A stretch of 64,000 bases of DNA, taken from NCBI GenBank assembly GCA_963668675.2, contig CAXXMB010000001.1:960001-1024000 (forward strand), read 5' to 3'. This document shows positions 29,624 to 39,031 of this stretch, one piece after another (the stretch's first letter is position 1; the number at the start of each line of letters is the position of its first letter). The DNA comes from an uncultured Desulfatitalea sp. (lineage in GTDB: Bacteria; Desulfobacterota; Desulfobacteria; Desulfobacterales; Desulfosarcinaceae). The notes under the pieces are model-generated. The model saw nothing but the letters and a program-made list of their open reading frames with translations. It was not told the origin of the DNA and did no database searches. The position numbers and the translations under genes were made by a program.

Positions 29624-30996
29624 TACAGTGCCACGTTCCTCTTTCCGGAGTGTGTTGCCGTCTGGACGAACTGATCGATAACGCCTATCGTGTAAGAGAT
29701 CTGCGCTGCTCCGATTCCCGGGTAGGTACCCAGAAAGAAGGTGTCGTTCATGATACGATCCGTGTTGTCAAGCGACCCGGCGGTTCGGTGTGCGATGCTC
29801 TGGTACGCGGGTTGGCGAAGCAGGTTGCCGCCGAACAGATTCCTGGTTTCTATTTTGTTTTCGTTGAGAAAATTTGTCAAACCCGTCCTGCTGAACCCGG
29901 CAGTGGATCTCACCGTGATCGGGTAGGCGAACCAGGCCGGATCCGAATTGGCAGTGGCCTCGGGCAGGATAAACCACTGCTCATACGCTTTGAATCCCGC
30001 CTCCCACGCCTTGAAGTTCTCTCTTCTGGCCCGGCAAAATCTGTCCAGCTTTCGCATCTGTTCAAGACCGATGGCGGCCTGGATGTCGGTCATCTTCACG
30101 TTGTACCCCACATGGGAGTAGACATAGCGATGGTCGTACCCCAGCGGCAGATCTCCATGACGGCCGGAAAATCGTTTTCCGCAGCGGTTGTTCTCCCCTG
30201 CCCCGCAATAGCAGTCCCGCCCCCAATCCCTCAGCGACCGGACAATCCTGGCGAGCATATTGTCCGAGGTGAGCACTGCTCCTCCCTCGCCGGTGGTGAT
30301 ATGGTGGGCTGGGTAGAAACTGCAGGTCGAGAGATGGCCGAAAGCGCCTGTCCAACGTTTTGCAGACGCTGTCCCTCCCCCTTCTCCCGACAGATATAAC
30401 GACCCCAAGGCATCACAATTGTCTTCGATGACAAACAGATCGTGCTGCCTGGCGATCGCCATGATGCCGTCCAGATCAAACGGATTTCCCAAGGTGTGGG
30501 CCATGAAAATAGCGCGGGTTTTGGGGCCGACTGCCCGCTCGATCGCCTCTGCTGTGGCATTGTATGTTGGAATCCTCACATCCACGAACACCGGGACAAG
30601 CCGGTTCTGCAGGATCGGATTGAGGGTCGTGGGAAAACCGGCCGCAACGGTGATCACTTCGTCGCCCGGATTCAATTTTTTCTCTCCCAACAGCGGCGAC
30701 GTCAACGCTGTCAGGGCAAGCAAATTAGCGGACGAGCCCGAATTGACCAGCACGGCATGCGCCGTGCCGACGACGCCGGCCAGCTCCTTCCGGAACGATT
30801 CAGCGAAGCGCCCTTCGGTGAGCCAGAAATCGAGGGATGCCGCCACCGCAGCCTGCAGCTCTTTTTCATCGAACGCCCTGCCGGCGTAGTTCACCGGCGT
30901 TTCACCGGGCGTAAAGGTGTCCCTCCCATGGGCCACCTGCCAGTAATCGGCCACAAGCGCCATGATCTCTTCGACGATTTTCTCACTCTTCTTCAA
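29623..30996 (-). CDS. rfbH: CDP-4-keto-6-deoxyglucose 3-dehydrase (E1)
   Basis: IEDNCDALGS, SFYPAHHITTGEGG (His at the PLP-lysine position), RDWGRDCYC..G..NRC Fe-S motif; start estimated at TTG 30996. Confidence 0.93.
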   Translation of the reverse strand: MKKSEKIVEEIMALVADYWQVAHGRDTFTPGETPVNYAGRAFDEKELQAAVAASLDFWLTEGRFAESFRKELAGVVGTAHAVLVNSGSSANLLALTALTSPLLGEKKLNPGDEVITVAAGFPTTLNPILQNRLVPVFVDVRIPTYNATAEAIERAVGPKTRAIFMAHTLGNPFDLDGIMAIARQHDLFVIEDNCDALGSLYLSGEGGGTASAKRWTGAFGHLSTCSFYPAHHITTGEGGAVLTSDNMLARIVRSLRDWGRDCYCGAGENNRCGKRFSGRHGDLPLGYDHRYVYSHVGYNVKMTDIQAAIGLEQMRKLDRFCRARRENFKAWEAGFKAYEQWFILPEATANSDPAWFAYPITVRSTAGFSRTGLTNFLNENKIETRNLFGGNLLRQPAYQSIAHRTAGSLDNTDRIMNDTFFLGTYPGIGAAQISYTIGVIDQFVQTATHSGKRNVAL

Positions 30997-31021
30997 GCGG
31001 CAGCCATCCTGTTTTTCTATC

Positions 31022-31897
31022 TCAACCGGTCGATGCAGCGCGGCTCGCCATTGCGGCCTGCTCTTTTCGAATGGCCTCCCGAATACCTTCGTCTCTGGGG
31101 ATTCCGGCATTGAGTGAAGCCAGTTGGGGATGCGCGTCAAGGAGCGCCAGAACATCCGGGCTCAGAAAGACCTTTCCCGGCGTATACAGTGCATCGTAAA
31201 CTGATGTTACAAAACGGTAGTCGACCTCGTGGTCCATCACCCAGCGCAATTGCGATGCGCCCCAGTTCTTCTCCAGCGTACCGATATCAAACAGCTCCGG
31301 GTGATGGGTGATGTACGGGAAGATGTGCTCGCGCTCCGATAGACGGTTCGCCTCTTGCCAGCAGCGCATCAGCGCATCATAGGCGTAAACGGTTGTATCC
31401 AGACCTACGGGAAAACTCCCGGAGAGCATGCTGAAATCATGCCCGCCATCGAAGTGGACGGCGATAACCTCGTCAACGACCACAGGATCCACAAGGGGGC
31501 AGTCGGCCATGATTCGCACGATATGTGACAGCCCGTACCAGGTGGCGGCCTGGTAGTAGCGGTCCAGCGGATCCGACTCGCTTCCGCGAAACACCGTCAC
31601 GCCGAGCCCACCGAAAAGGAGTGCAATGGGATCGTCTTTTGCATCGGTGGAGGTGGCCACAATGATACGGTCAATGTTCCGGCACCGAAGTATGCGCTCA
31701 TACACATGTTGCATAACCGGTTTCCCGGCGAGGTCCAGCATCACCTTGCCAGGCAACCTTGTCGATCCCAATCGCCCCTGTAGAATGGCCGTTGCCTTTT
31801 GCGCTGTCGGGGCTTCCGCACCGCGTTTGCCGGGGGCATCACTTCCGTGGCGTCGCATTCGATGGAGTTTCAGTTGGCTCGGTTTACTGGTCGGCAT
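31022..31897 (-). CDS. SpsF-like cytidylyltransferase
   Basis: ILQGRLGSTRLPGKVM, FRGSESDPLDRY, ADCPLVDP, EREH; start set at MPTSK after an AAGGA RBS. Confidence 0.85.
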   Translation of the reverse strand: MPTSKPSQLKLHRMRRHGSDAPGKRGAEAPTAQKATAILQGRLGSTRLPGKVMLDLAGKPVMQHVYERILRCRNIDRIIVATSTDAKDDPIALLFGGLGVTVFRGSESDPLDRYYQAATWYGLSHIVRIMADCPLVDPVVVDEVIAVHFDGGHDFSMLSGSFPVGLDTTVYAYDALMRCWQEANRLSEREHIFPYITHHPELFDIGTLEKNWGASQLRWVMDHEVDYRFVTSVYDALYTPGKVFLSPDVLALLDAHPQLASLNAGIPRDEGIREAIRKEQAAMASRAASTG

Positions 31898-31952
31898 CAG
31901 ATCCTTGGTGCGTTGGTGATAATATTTAGAATAATTGAGGCGGCTTCTGGAT

Positions 31953-32303
31953 TCAAGCTTTAATCTTAAAATTGAGCAGGTGATACAACTCTCTTCGAAA
32001 GGCACTGGCAATTCTCTCGGCAAAGGCATCGATCGTCAATGGGTCGAGTTCAGGGCCGTTTTCAGATCCCTCTCCAAGTCGCTCCTTGATCTGTACTAGC
32101 GAGTAGCCTGCCTTCCGAAGATCTCGGACGGTTTCAAACACAGCCATATCTTTCAGGGTATATCGGCGTTGGCCGCCGGCAGTCCGCTCCGGTCGGATGA
32201 GCGCCGGAAGCGCCTTCTCCCAATATCGCAGTGTTGATTTCGGCAATGCCAACCGCTCGCTGGCCGATTGAATGGTAATGTTTGGCAACTTTGATTTTTC
32301 CAT
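31953..32303 (-). CDS. MerR family HTH regulator
   Basis: TIQSASERLALPKSTLRYWE...PERTAGGQRRY. Confidence 0.88.
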   Translation of the reverse strand: MEKSKLPNITIQSASERLALPKSTLRYWEKALPALIRPERTAGGQRRYTLKDMAVFETVRDLRKAGYSLVQIKERLGEGSENGPELDPLTIDAFAERIASAFRRELYHLLNFKIKA

Positions 32304-32411
32304 CAGACCGCTCTTGTCAATATAGCTCCGCCTGGTGGCTCACATAAAAGCAGAAGCGTGGGGATATGGGGTTAATGTTGAAGTGCAACTTTAACTTGCA
32401 AGCTTCAATTT

Positions 32412-32427
32412 AGCATAAACCGTACCA
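32412..32427 (-). promoter_or_regulatory. Sigma54 promoter at the head of the glycan island
   Basis: Minus strand TGGTACGGTTTATGCT (GG-N10-GC), about 110 bp upstream of the MerR gene. Confidence 0.7.
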
Positions 32428-32610
32428 CCCGCCATATGTATCATTTTTTTCTTTATTAACTGTTAGTTATAATATTTTAAGTCAAAAGGAGATGTTAATT
32501 TTGCCAATATCTTGACGGGAAAAGCTAAAGCTGGATGTGAAAGCAGCCGGCGGCCGCGATGTGGCCGCCGGGCGGAATGAATTGATAGGGTAACTTGGAA
32601 GATTTCAATT

Positions 32611-33993
32611 TCAGCCGATAACAGCCAGGGCGCCCCTCCGCTCTTTCAGCTGTTGATCGAGCAGCGCCGCGCCTTCAAAAGGAAGGTACAATTTAAAGGT
32701 CGTGCCGGTTCCTGTTTCGGATTGGAGGTGGATATAGCCGGAGTGGGATTTGAGGATACCATCGGCTGCAGCTAGCCCTAATCCGACGTGTCCCTGAATC
32801 TTGGGGTCTGAGAAGAAGGGTTGAAAAACCCGTTTCCTGCTCGCTTCGCCAATACCGCAGCCGCAATCATGAACGGTAATCACCAGGTAGTTGCTTCCCT
32901 TTTGAACGCCGCATCTATCGCGGGGCGCCTCCTCCTGCAGGGTTTGTACGCTGATATGGAGGTGGCCGCCATCGGGCATGGCCCTGGCCGCATTGGCTAC
33001 GATCTCATCCAGGGCCCACTCCAACTGCCGCCGGTTGGCCTTGATCCTCGGCAAGTTGACGCCGATCCGGCAGTGGGTCTCTATCTGGGGGTAACGGTGC
33101 CTTACTCGACTGAGCAGTCGATCAAGCAGCGCATTCGGCTTCAACATTTTCTTGCGGACGGCTCCGCAATCGCCTGCGTAAAGAAGCAGCTGACCGACCA
33201 TATCCAGTCCGCGGTCAACCAGAATATTGATGGTGCTAAGCCGTTTCTGGAACCGGGCATCGTCCTCTTCCGGCGAAAGAATGGCCCTGCAATGTTTCCC
33301 GATAGATTGAAACAGCACTTCGAGCACCCGCCCGGTGCTTCCGGCGATCAGCCTGGGTCGCTGGACCCGGGAAGCCCATTTCAGGCGGGCCTCAAAATTC
33401 CATGGGTCGCCCTCACCCAAGCTGGTGCACCCGTCACACTTCATCTCTGATATCAATTGATTCAAACGTATTCGCTTAGCCACGGTTCTGCGCTCACTCA
33501 GAAAACCCAACACCATATGGATCAGAAAAGCACCGCTCTGGATCAACCGCTCCATCTGCTCGACACGGGCGTAACGCTCATCGTCAGAACGCAGTTGCAG
33601 CCGTATCAGGGAGGCGTTGCCCCAGATGCCCATGAGAAGATTGTTAAAATGGTGTGATATGCCTCGGATGAGGCTTCGTACGACGGCCTGTTCGCCGTTG
33701 GTCAGGCCGAATGGGGTCCTGAAATTCCAGGCATCATGATCGCCGCTAGCCTCGTCGGCCTCCCTGCGCTTTTGCAAGGGCACCGCATTACCCAAACTGA
33801 GCGGCAACCTGAATATTCGCGCCACGCCATCCCCCGACGGGCAAATCCGATGCAGTGTGGGGGATTCTACGGAACCGCAGGGCCCGTTTTCCAGGCCATC
33901 GACAAAGATAGCGGTCATGATCGGCAGCAGGTCTTGTTCTCTTTCAATCCAGGAAGCATTGTCAGCCAATGTCATTGTAGCGCTCATATCCAT
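32611..33993 (-). CDS. Cytoplasmic histidine kinase-like protein
   Basis: H-box ISHHFNNLL, N-box IVANAARAM, DCGCGI, FQPFFS, GLGL, GTGTTF; no TM segments. Confidence 0.85.
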   Translation of the reverse strand: MDMSATMTLADNASWIEREQDLLPIMTAIFVDGLENGPCGSVESPTLHRICPSGDGVARIFRLPLSLGNAVPLQKRREADEASGDHDAWNFRTPFGLTNGEQAVVRSLIRGISHHFNNLLMGIWGNASLIRLQLRSDDERYARVEQMERLIQSGAFLIHMVLGFLSERRTVAKRIRLNQLISEMKCDGCTSLGEGDPWNFEARLKWASRVQRPRLIAGSTGRVLEVLFQSIGKHCRAILSPEEDDARFQKRLSTINILVDRGLDMVGQLLLYAGDCGAVRKKMLKPNALLDRLLSRVRHRYPQIETHCRIGVNLPRIKANRRQLEWALDEIVANAARAMPDGGHLHISVQTLQEEAPRDRCGVQKGSNYLVITVHDCGCGIGEASRKRVFQPFFSDPKIQGHVGLGLAAADGILKSHSGYIHLQSETGTGTTFKLYLPFEGAALLDQQLKERRGALAVIG

Positions 33994-34042
33994 CTCTCCA
34001 AAAAGAAATCCGTATCAATTCCAGCGTCCTACCAGGTTTATT

Positions 34043-34058
34043 TGCAATGACCGTACCA
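34043..34058 (-). promoter_or_regulatory. Sigma54 promoter of the kinase gene
   Basis: Minus strand TGGTACGGTCATTGCA. Confidence 0.72.
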
Positions 34059-34542
34059 CTAAATAAAGAAAATATTTTATCTTTTATTATCGATAAGTTA
34101 CACACATTCTATTCCCAACCTGCCGATTTTACGGTCAAAGTATTGACACCGGCGCGCTGTTGCTTCGATCCGCGCAAAACGGCACTAGGTGAGCTCCGGC
34201 TTCAGGTATCCCGGCCGACTCTCTCCGGTCGATCCCTTTTGGTCGCTGGCCTGGAAGCCCGTGTTCATTCCAGTTTAATGCTGCCGCGCGCAAACATTAA
34301 GCTGTTGAGTTCACAACATTTTGATTGCATTGCCAATTCAAACACTTGACACTCGTACTATCCGATGGCATACATTTTATTATCGTTTACGAATATCACC
34401 CATTTACTCAATTGTTGGCAAAGTTGGCTTCGTACGACGGTACACAATCGGCAGCAGTACGAATGAAGATGTGTGCCGCAGGCTTCATCTTACCGTCTAA
34501 CAGGACGGAATCCTTCATCCGGGCGTAAATATCACTGACACC

Positions 34543-35931
34543 ATGGAAAACTTTCCTATCCTTTTTGTCGACGACGACCAGCAGATTCTCGATGTTGTTG
34601 CCGCCTATCTGACCCGCAATGGCTATAGCGTAGATACTGTCAACAACGGGCTTTTGGCTCTTGAAAAGATCAAGGAGAAAGAGTTTGCGGCCGTCTTCAC
34701 CGATCTGATCATGCCTGAGATCAGCGGCCTGGACCTGCTTAAATCGATCAAGGATGCCAGCCCGACCACCGAGGTCATTATCGTCACCGGCTATGGCACG
34801 ATCGAGTCCGCCATCGAAGCGCTCAAACGCGGAAGTTACGACTATTTGCAAAAGCCAATCAATTTCGAACGCTTAAAAATCCTCATCGATCGCATCGTCG
34901 AAAAAAAGAAACTCCAGCTGGAAAACTATCTGATCAAGCGACGACTCAAAGATCGCTACAACTATGACCAGCTCGTGGGCAAAAGCGCCAAGATGCAGCA
35001 GATCTACGACGTCATCGACCGCATCAGCAACGGCAGCCCCACCATATTGATTCAGGGGGAGAGCGGCACCGGCAAGGAGCTGGTGGCCAATGTCATCCAC
35101 CAGAACAGTGTCAGGCGAAAAATGCCTTTTATACCGGTAAATTGTGGCGCGATTGCCGAAGGGTTGCTTGAAAGCGAACTCTTCGGGCATGTGAAGGGTG
35201 CCTTCACCGGTGCGGTAAAGGACACCATCGGACTGTTCAAGGCGGCCGACGGTGGCACCATCTTCCTTGACGAGATTGCCGAAGTGCAACCGGCCCTGCA
35301 GGTCAAGCTGCTCAGGGTGCTCCAGGAAAAAAAGATCCGGCCGGTTGGCGACACCCACGAGAGCGAAGTGGATGTCCGCGTCATTGCCGCCACCAATAAG
35401 AACCTCGAACAGGCGATCATCCAAAAAGTATTCCGCGAGGACCTCTACTATCGCCTCAATGTCATCTCGCTGCAAATGCCGTCACTTCGTGAAATCCGGG
35501 AAGACATCCCCAATCTGGTCAACCACTTTATCAAGAAATTCTCCACCGACAGCCACAGGGAGGTGTTGCGGATATCGTCCGAGGCCTTGGACCTGATGAT
35601 GAACTATGACTGGCCGGGCAATGTGAGACAGCTTGAAAACGTCATTGAGCGCGCCTTTGCCCTGGGCGCGACGGAAACGATCGAGGCAAACGACCTGCCT
35701 CCGGAGTTGCGTTCGATGAGCGAAAGAGATAGAATAAGCGACAATAATTACAATCTGGTAGAAAATGAAAGGCTGCTGATCTCCCGCGCGCTCAAAACAA
35801 CCAAAGGAAACAAAGCGGAGGCGGCGAAATTGCTGGGGATTAATCTGACAACGGTTTACCGCAAGCTTGAAAAGTATCGAATCACCGATTCCGGCTCCGG
35901 AAGCGATTCCGGGATGAATCGGCTTCGGTAG
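34543..35931 (+). CDS. Sigma54-dependent response regulator (REC-AAA+-Fis HTH)
   Basis: VDDD/TDLIMP receiver, GESGTGKE, GAFTGA, FLDEI, WPGNVRQL, HTH. Confidence 0.95.
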   Translation: MENFPILFVDDDQQILDVVAAYLTRNGYSVDTVNNGLLALEKIKEKEFAAVFTDLIMPEISGLDLLKSIKDASPTTEVIIVTGYGTIESAIEALKRGSYDYLQKPINFERLKILIDRIVEKKKLQLENYLIKRRLKDRYNYDQLVGKSAKMQQIYDVIDRISNGSPTILIQGESGTGKELVANVIHQNSVRRKMPFIPVNCGAIAEGLLESELFGHVKGAFTGAVKDTIGLFKAADGGTIFLDEIAEVQPALQVKLLRVLQEKKIRPVGDTHESEVDVRVIAATNKNLEQAIIQKVFREDLYYRLNVISLQMPSLREIREDIPNLVNHFIKKFSTDSHREVLRISSEALDLMMNYDWPGNVRQLENVIERAFALGATETIEANDLPPELRSMSERDRISDNNYNLVENERLLISRALKTTKGNKAEAAKLLGINLTTVYRKLEKYRITDSGSGSDSGMNRLR

Positions 35932-35991
35932 ACGGCCCCGGCGGTCGGCACAGCAGAGCAACCCACCAGCCAACCCTTAGAGGAGATAGAC

Positions 35992-36441
35992 ATGTCCGAC
36001 GGTTTGGATGTCATCATTGTAGACGATGATCCCGCTGTATGCGATTTGATCTCAACCATCGTAAAGCGATTCTACACGTGGGGAGAGGTAGTGCCGTTTT
36101 CAGATACGGAAGAGGCGTTGAAGTACTGCAAGGGACGGGATATCGGCGTGGCCATCTTTATCGTTGATGTCTTTCTCGGCGGCGTCAGCGGCTTCTACTT
36201 CCTCGATGAGGTGGAGGAGCGGTTTCCCACCGCGCATTCGGACGCCATCATTATCACCGGCAACGCCAGCGACGACATCGTCAACATGTGCATCGCCTCG
36301 GACGTCAACCACCTGCTTGAAAAACCGGTCAAACCCTATGCCATGCAGCTTGCGGTGAGGGCGATCGCGGAAAAGTATCTCAAGTTTGCCAAAAAACTTT
36401 TCCAGGATCCGGATTTTGCCAAAAATGTTTCCGACATCTGA
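35992..36441 (+). CDS. Single-domain response regulator receiver
   Basis: IVDDD, IVDVFL, ITG, LEKP. Confidence 0.88.
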   Translation: MSDGLDVIIVDDDPAVCDLISTIVKRFYTWGEVVPFSDTEEALKYCKGRDIGVAIFIVDVFLGGVSGFYFLDEVEERFPTAHSDAIIITGNASDDIVNMCIASDVNHLLEKPVKPYAMQLAVRAIAEKYLKFAKKLFQDPDFAKNVSDI

Positions 36442-36496
36442 TTCGATAGCCCTCATCCGTTTCTAAATTCGATGTGTATGACAGACAGCCTTTAGC

Positions 36497-37225
36497 ATGC
36501 AGACCCCTGAACCTGAACACCTCAGCGGACAGAAAACGGCGGAAATCATCGCCTGGCTGGCGACATCGCACACCCTTATCAAAGTCAGTCTGCCCGTCGG
36601 GGATTACGAACGGCTGACCATGATTATCGAAACGGATCAGCCGGAAGGTCGTCCCGTTTTTCAGATCGACCCCCCCGAAGGATTGATCGATGAAATGTCG
36701 AAAGGCTCCCAGGGTGAGCCGATGATGCTTCATTTCGAATTCGCAGGAGAAGACCGCCTGCCGCACAGATTCGAAACCCCCGTTGCCAGTATCAACGCGC
36801 AACACCTTTGGCTGCATTACCCTGCAGAAATCCAACGACTTCAGCTTCGGGACAATTTCCGGATCAAAGCGCCCTCCAACGCCGAACTGGTGGTTCCCAT
36901 GGAGGACCGCAATATCCACATGGCAGTGGACAACATCAGTCGGGGAGGTGCCTTCTGCCACTGCTCCAATGTCTTGAAGTTGCGTTTTTCAATGGGCATG
37001 TCCTGTGACCGGTTGAAACTCAGTATCCATATGGTTGGCGGAAGCCACACCATGGCCATCGACCGTGCGGTGGTCAGGCGGATTGAGAGGAGGGTGCGCC
37101 CCAAGCATTTCGGCGTCGCCTTTGAATTCACCAAAATGAGGCCCGAGGCCCGCAAACAACTGACTAAGATAATCTACGATTTACATCGCCAATTTCTTAA
37201 AAACCGAATTAAGTCTATCGGTTGA
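36497..37225 (+). CDS. PilZ-domain (YcgR-like) c-di-GMP receptor
   Basis: QLRDNFR (RxxxR) and DNISRGG motifs, FGVAFEF. Confidence 0.82.
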   Translation: MQTPEPEHLSGQKTAEIIAWLATSHTLIKVSLPVGDYERLTMIIETDQPEGRPVFQIDPPEGLIDEMSKGSQGEPMMLHFEFAGEDRLPHRFETPVASINAQHLWLHYPAEIQRLQLRDNFRIKAPSNAELVVPMEDRNIHMAVDNISRGGAFCHCSNVLKLRFSMGMSCDRLKLSIHMVGGSHTMAIDRAVVRRIERRVRPKHFGVAFEFTKMRPEARKQLTKIIYDLHRQFLKNRIKSIG

Positions 37226-37279
37226 ACTTTTCCTTGCAAACACCTCTCTAACGGCATCTCATCAGGGCGATGCCGTTTC

Positions 37280-37741
37280 TCACTGGCCGCCGTCGCCGCC
37301 ATCCGGCACATAGGCCCCGCCTTCGAAGCGGGCAATCTCCTTGGCAGCCGTCAGCAGCGTCTCCGACGCAATCTGTTTCATGGGGTGCGCATCGGGCGTC
37401 TCATCGACCAGGTCTTCGAGGGACCTGAACTCTCTCTTCATCTGCTGAATTGCCGGCTCCACGTCGCGCAGAGCGATCCTGCTGTCGGAAAGGAGTTGTT
37501 GATAGCTCTCCATGGCATCGATCATTCGATCCGTATGTGTAAAGATATGCTCAACCGGCACCTCCATGATCGGCCGGATGACCGGTTGAATAGCCGCCGT
37601 GGACTGAACGCGCTCAGTTGAGGTTGCCCCAATGGACTTGTCGAGCACATTCGCAAATGGATGCGTCCCCTCCCCCGAAACGGATCTATTTTTGCGCACA
37701 GGCGCATTGGGCTGCAGATTATTATCGTTGGTAATTTTCAC
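37280..37741 (-). CDS. Hypothetical protein, probably flagellum-associated
   Basis: 153 aa, RBS AAGGAGG, FANVLDKS motif like deltaproteobacterial FlgM-associated proteins; weak sigma54-like site at 37787-37802. Confidence 0.55.
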   Translation of the reverse strand: MKITNDNNLQPNAPVRKNRSVSGEGTHPFANVLDKSIGATSTERVQSTAAIQPVIRPIMEVPVEHIFTHTDRMIDAMESYQQLLSDSRIALRDVEPAIQQMKREFRSLEDLVDETPDAHPMKQIASETLLTAAKEIARFEGGAYVPDGGDGGQ

Positions 37742-38116
37742 GACCGCTCCTCCTTTATTGACTGGGTGGTGTTCCCCCTCTCTTTATACAAATATCGTGC
37801 AAACAAATAAAAAAAGTGAATATTTTCATAAAAAGCACTTCTCTTCAGCCGATCCAACCGTGCCCGAAACACCCCCCGCAATCCATCTATCCTACCAATA
37901 TGTATTAACTTTAATAACATCCCCATCTCTCTCTGTTCGCGATGCGTTCAGTGCCGCTCGAAGCGATCCCGGCCTTGGGACAGCCTCTGGTGCAGCTGCA
38001 GCAAACAGAGCACTTCTTGCCTTGTTACGGAAAAATCTGCCTCTATGCGATGACGTGATTTCGGCGGGATGGCAAACTCATTCTGGAAGCGATATAGGAG
38101 GGATCCACACCATTTC

Positions 38117-39031
38117 CTACAGGTCGATCACCATGCCCTCCCGGGCGAAAAATATCTCGGTATCTCCCCCGGGCGGCCTGCAGTACTTTTCGGCCAGGGC
38201 ATCGAGCTGGTCGTCGGTGCGCTGGATATCGTGGTGAAAAAGGGAGAGCCGTTTCACCTGGTTGCGCTCTGCAATATCGATGGCATGCTCCATATAGGAG
38301 TGGCCCCAACCGATCCGGGAGCGCTCGTACTCTTCCTTTGTATACATGGTGTCATAGATGAGCAGGTCTGCCCCCTGCACGAACTGCCCGATCTGCCTGT
38401 TGGCCTCCTGGGCCGCCTCCTCGCCCTGGGACGCTGTCTCGGCATCGTAATTGGGATCGGTGGGATCGCAACTGAACAGGTTGCGGAAAGGCTCGGTATC
38501 GTATGCGGTACAAAAAACCCTGCCCATGAATTCGAATCGGTAACCGAGGCAAAGGAGCGGATGGTTGAGAAACTTGGTCTTGAGCTTCAGCCCATCGCCA
38601 AGATCGTACTCCCCCTCCTTCAGGTTGACATAGCTCACCTCCGATGAGAGGTCGTCATGCCTGACGGGAAAGTACCGGTAGGTCCACTGTCCGCTAAGCA
38701 CCTCTTTCAGCGGCTCCTCATCATAGGTGACCGGTCCGTAGATGGTAAACTGAGAGGTGGGCATGTAGATGGGGGTGAAGAAGGGAAACCCCATGATATG
38801 ATCCCAGTGGGTGTGGGTCAGAAAAATCTCGGCCTTGATGGGTGTACCGTCGGAATGTGTGTCCAGAAGGTGGTTGCCCAGTTGACGAATACCAGATCCT
38901 GCATCGATAATGATCAGACGATCAAGCTCTTCGATGTACAGTTCCAGACAGGCAGTATTGCCACCATAACGAACCGTATCAACACCCGGACTGGGGATAG
39001 AACCTCTTACCCCCCAGAACTTAATGCGCAT
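38117..39031 (-). CDS. MBL-fold metallohydrolase (phosphodiesterase-like)
   Basis: FWGVRGS, DAGSG, THTHWDH, WGHS, FHHD. Confidence 0.92.
   Translation of the reverse strand: MRIKFWGVRGSIPSPGVDTVRYGGNTACLELYIEELDRLIIIDAGSGIRQLGNHLLDTHSDGTPIKAEIFLTHTHWDHIMGFPFFTPIYMPTSQFTIYGPVTYDEEPLKEVLSGQWTYRYFPVRHDDLSSEVSYVNLKEGEYDLGDGLKLKTKFLNHPLLCLGYRFEFMGRVFCTAYDTEPFRNLFSCDPTDPNYDAETASQGEEAAQEANRQIGQFVQGADLLIYDTMYTKEEYERSRIGWGHSYMEHAIDIAERNQVKRLSLFHHDIQRTDDQLDALAEKYCRPPGGDTEIFFAREGMVIDL

Noticed and set aside
34366..34381. Sigma54 promoter for the activator gene (TGGCATAC...)
   Set aside because: No GC at the -12 position.
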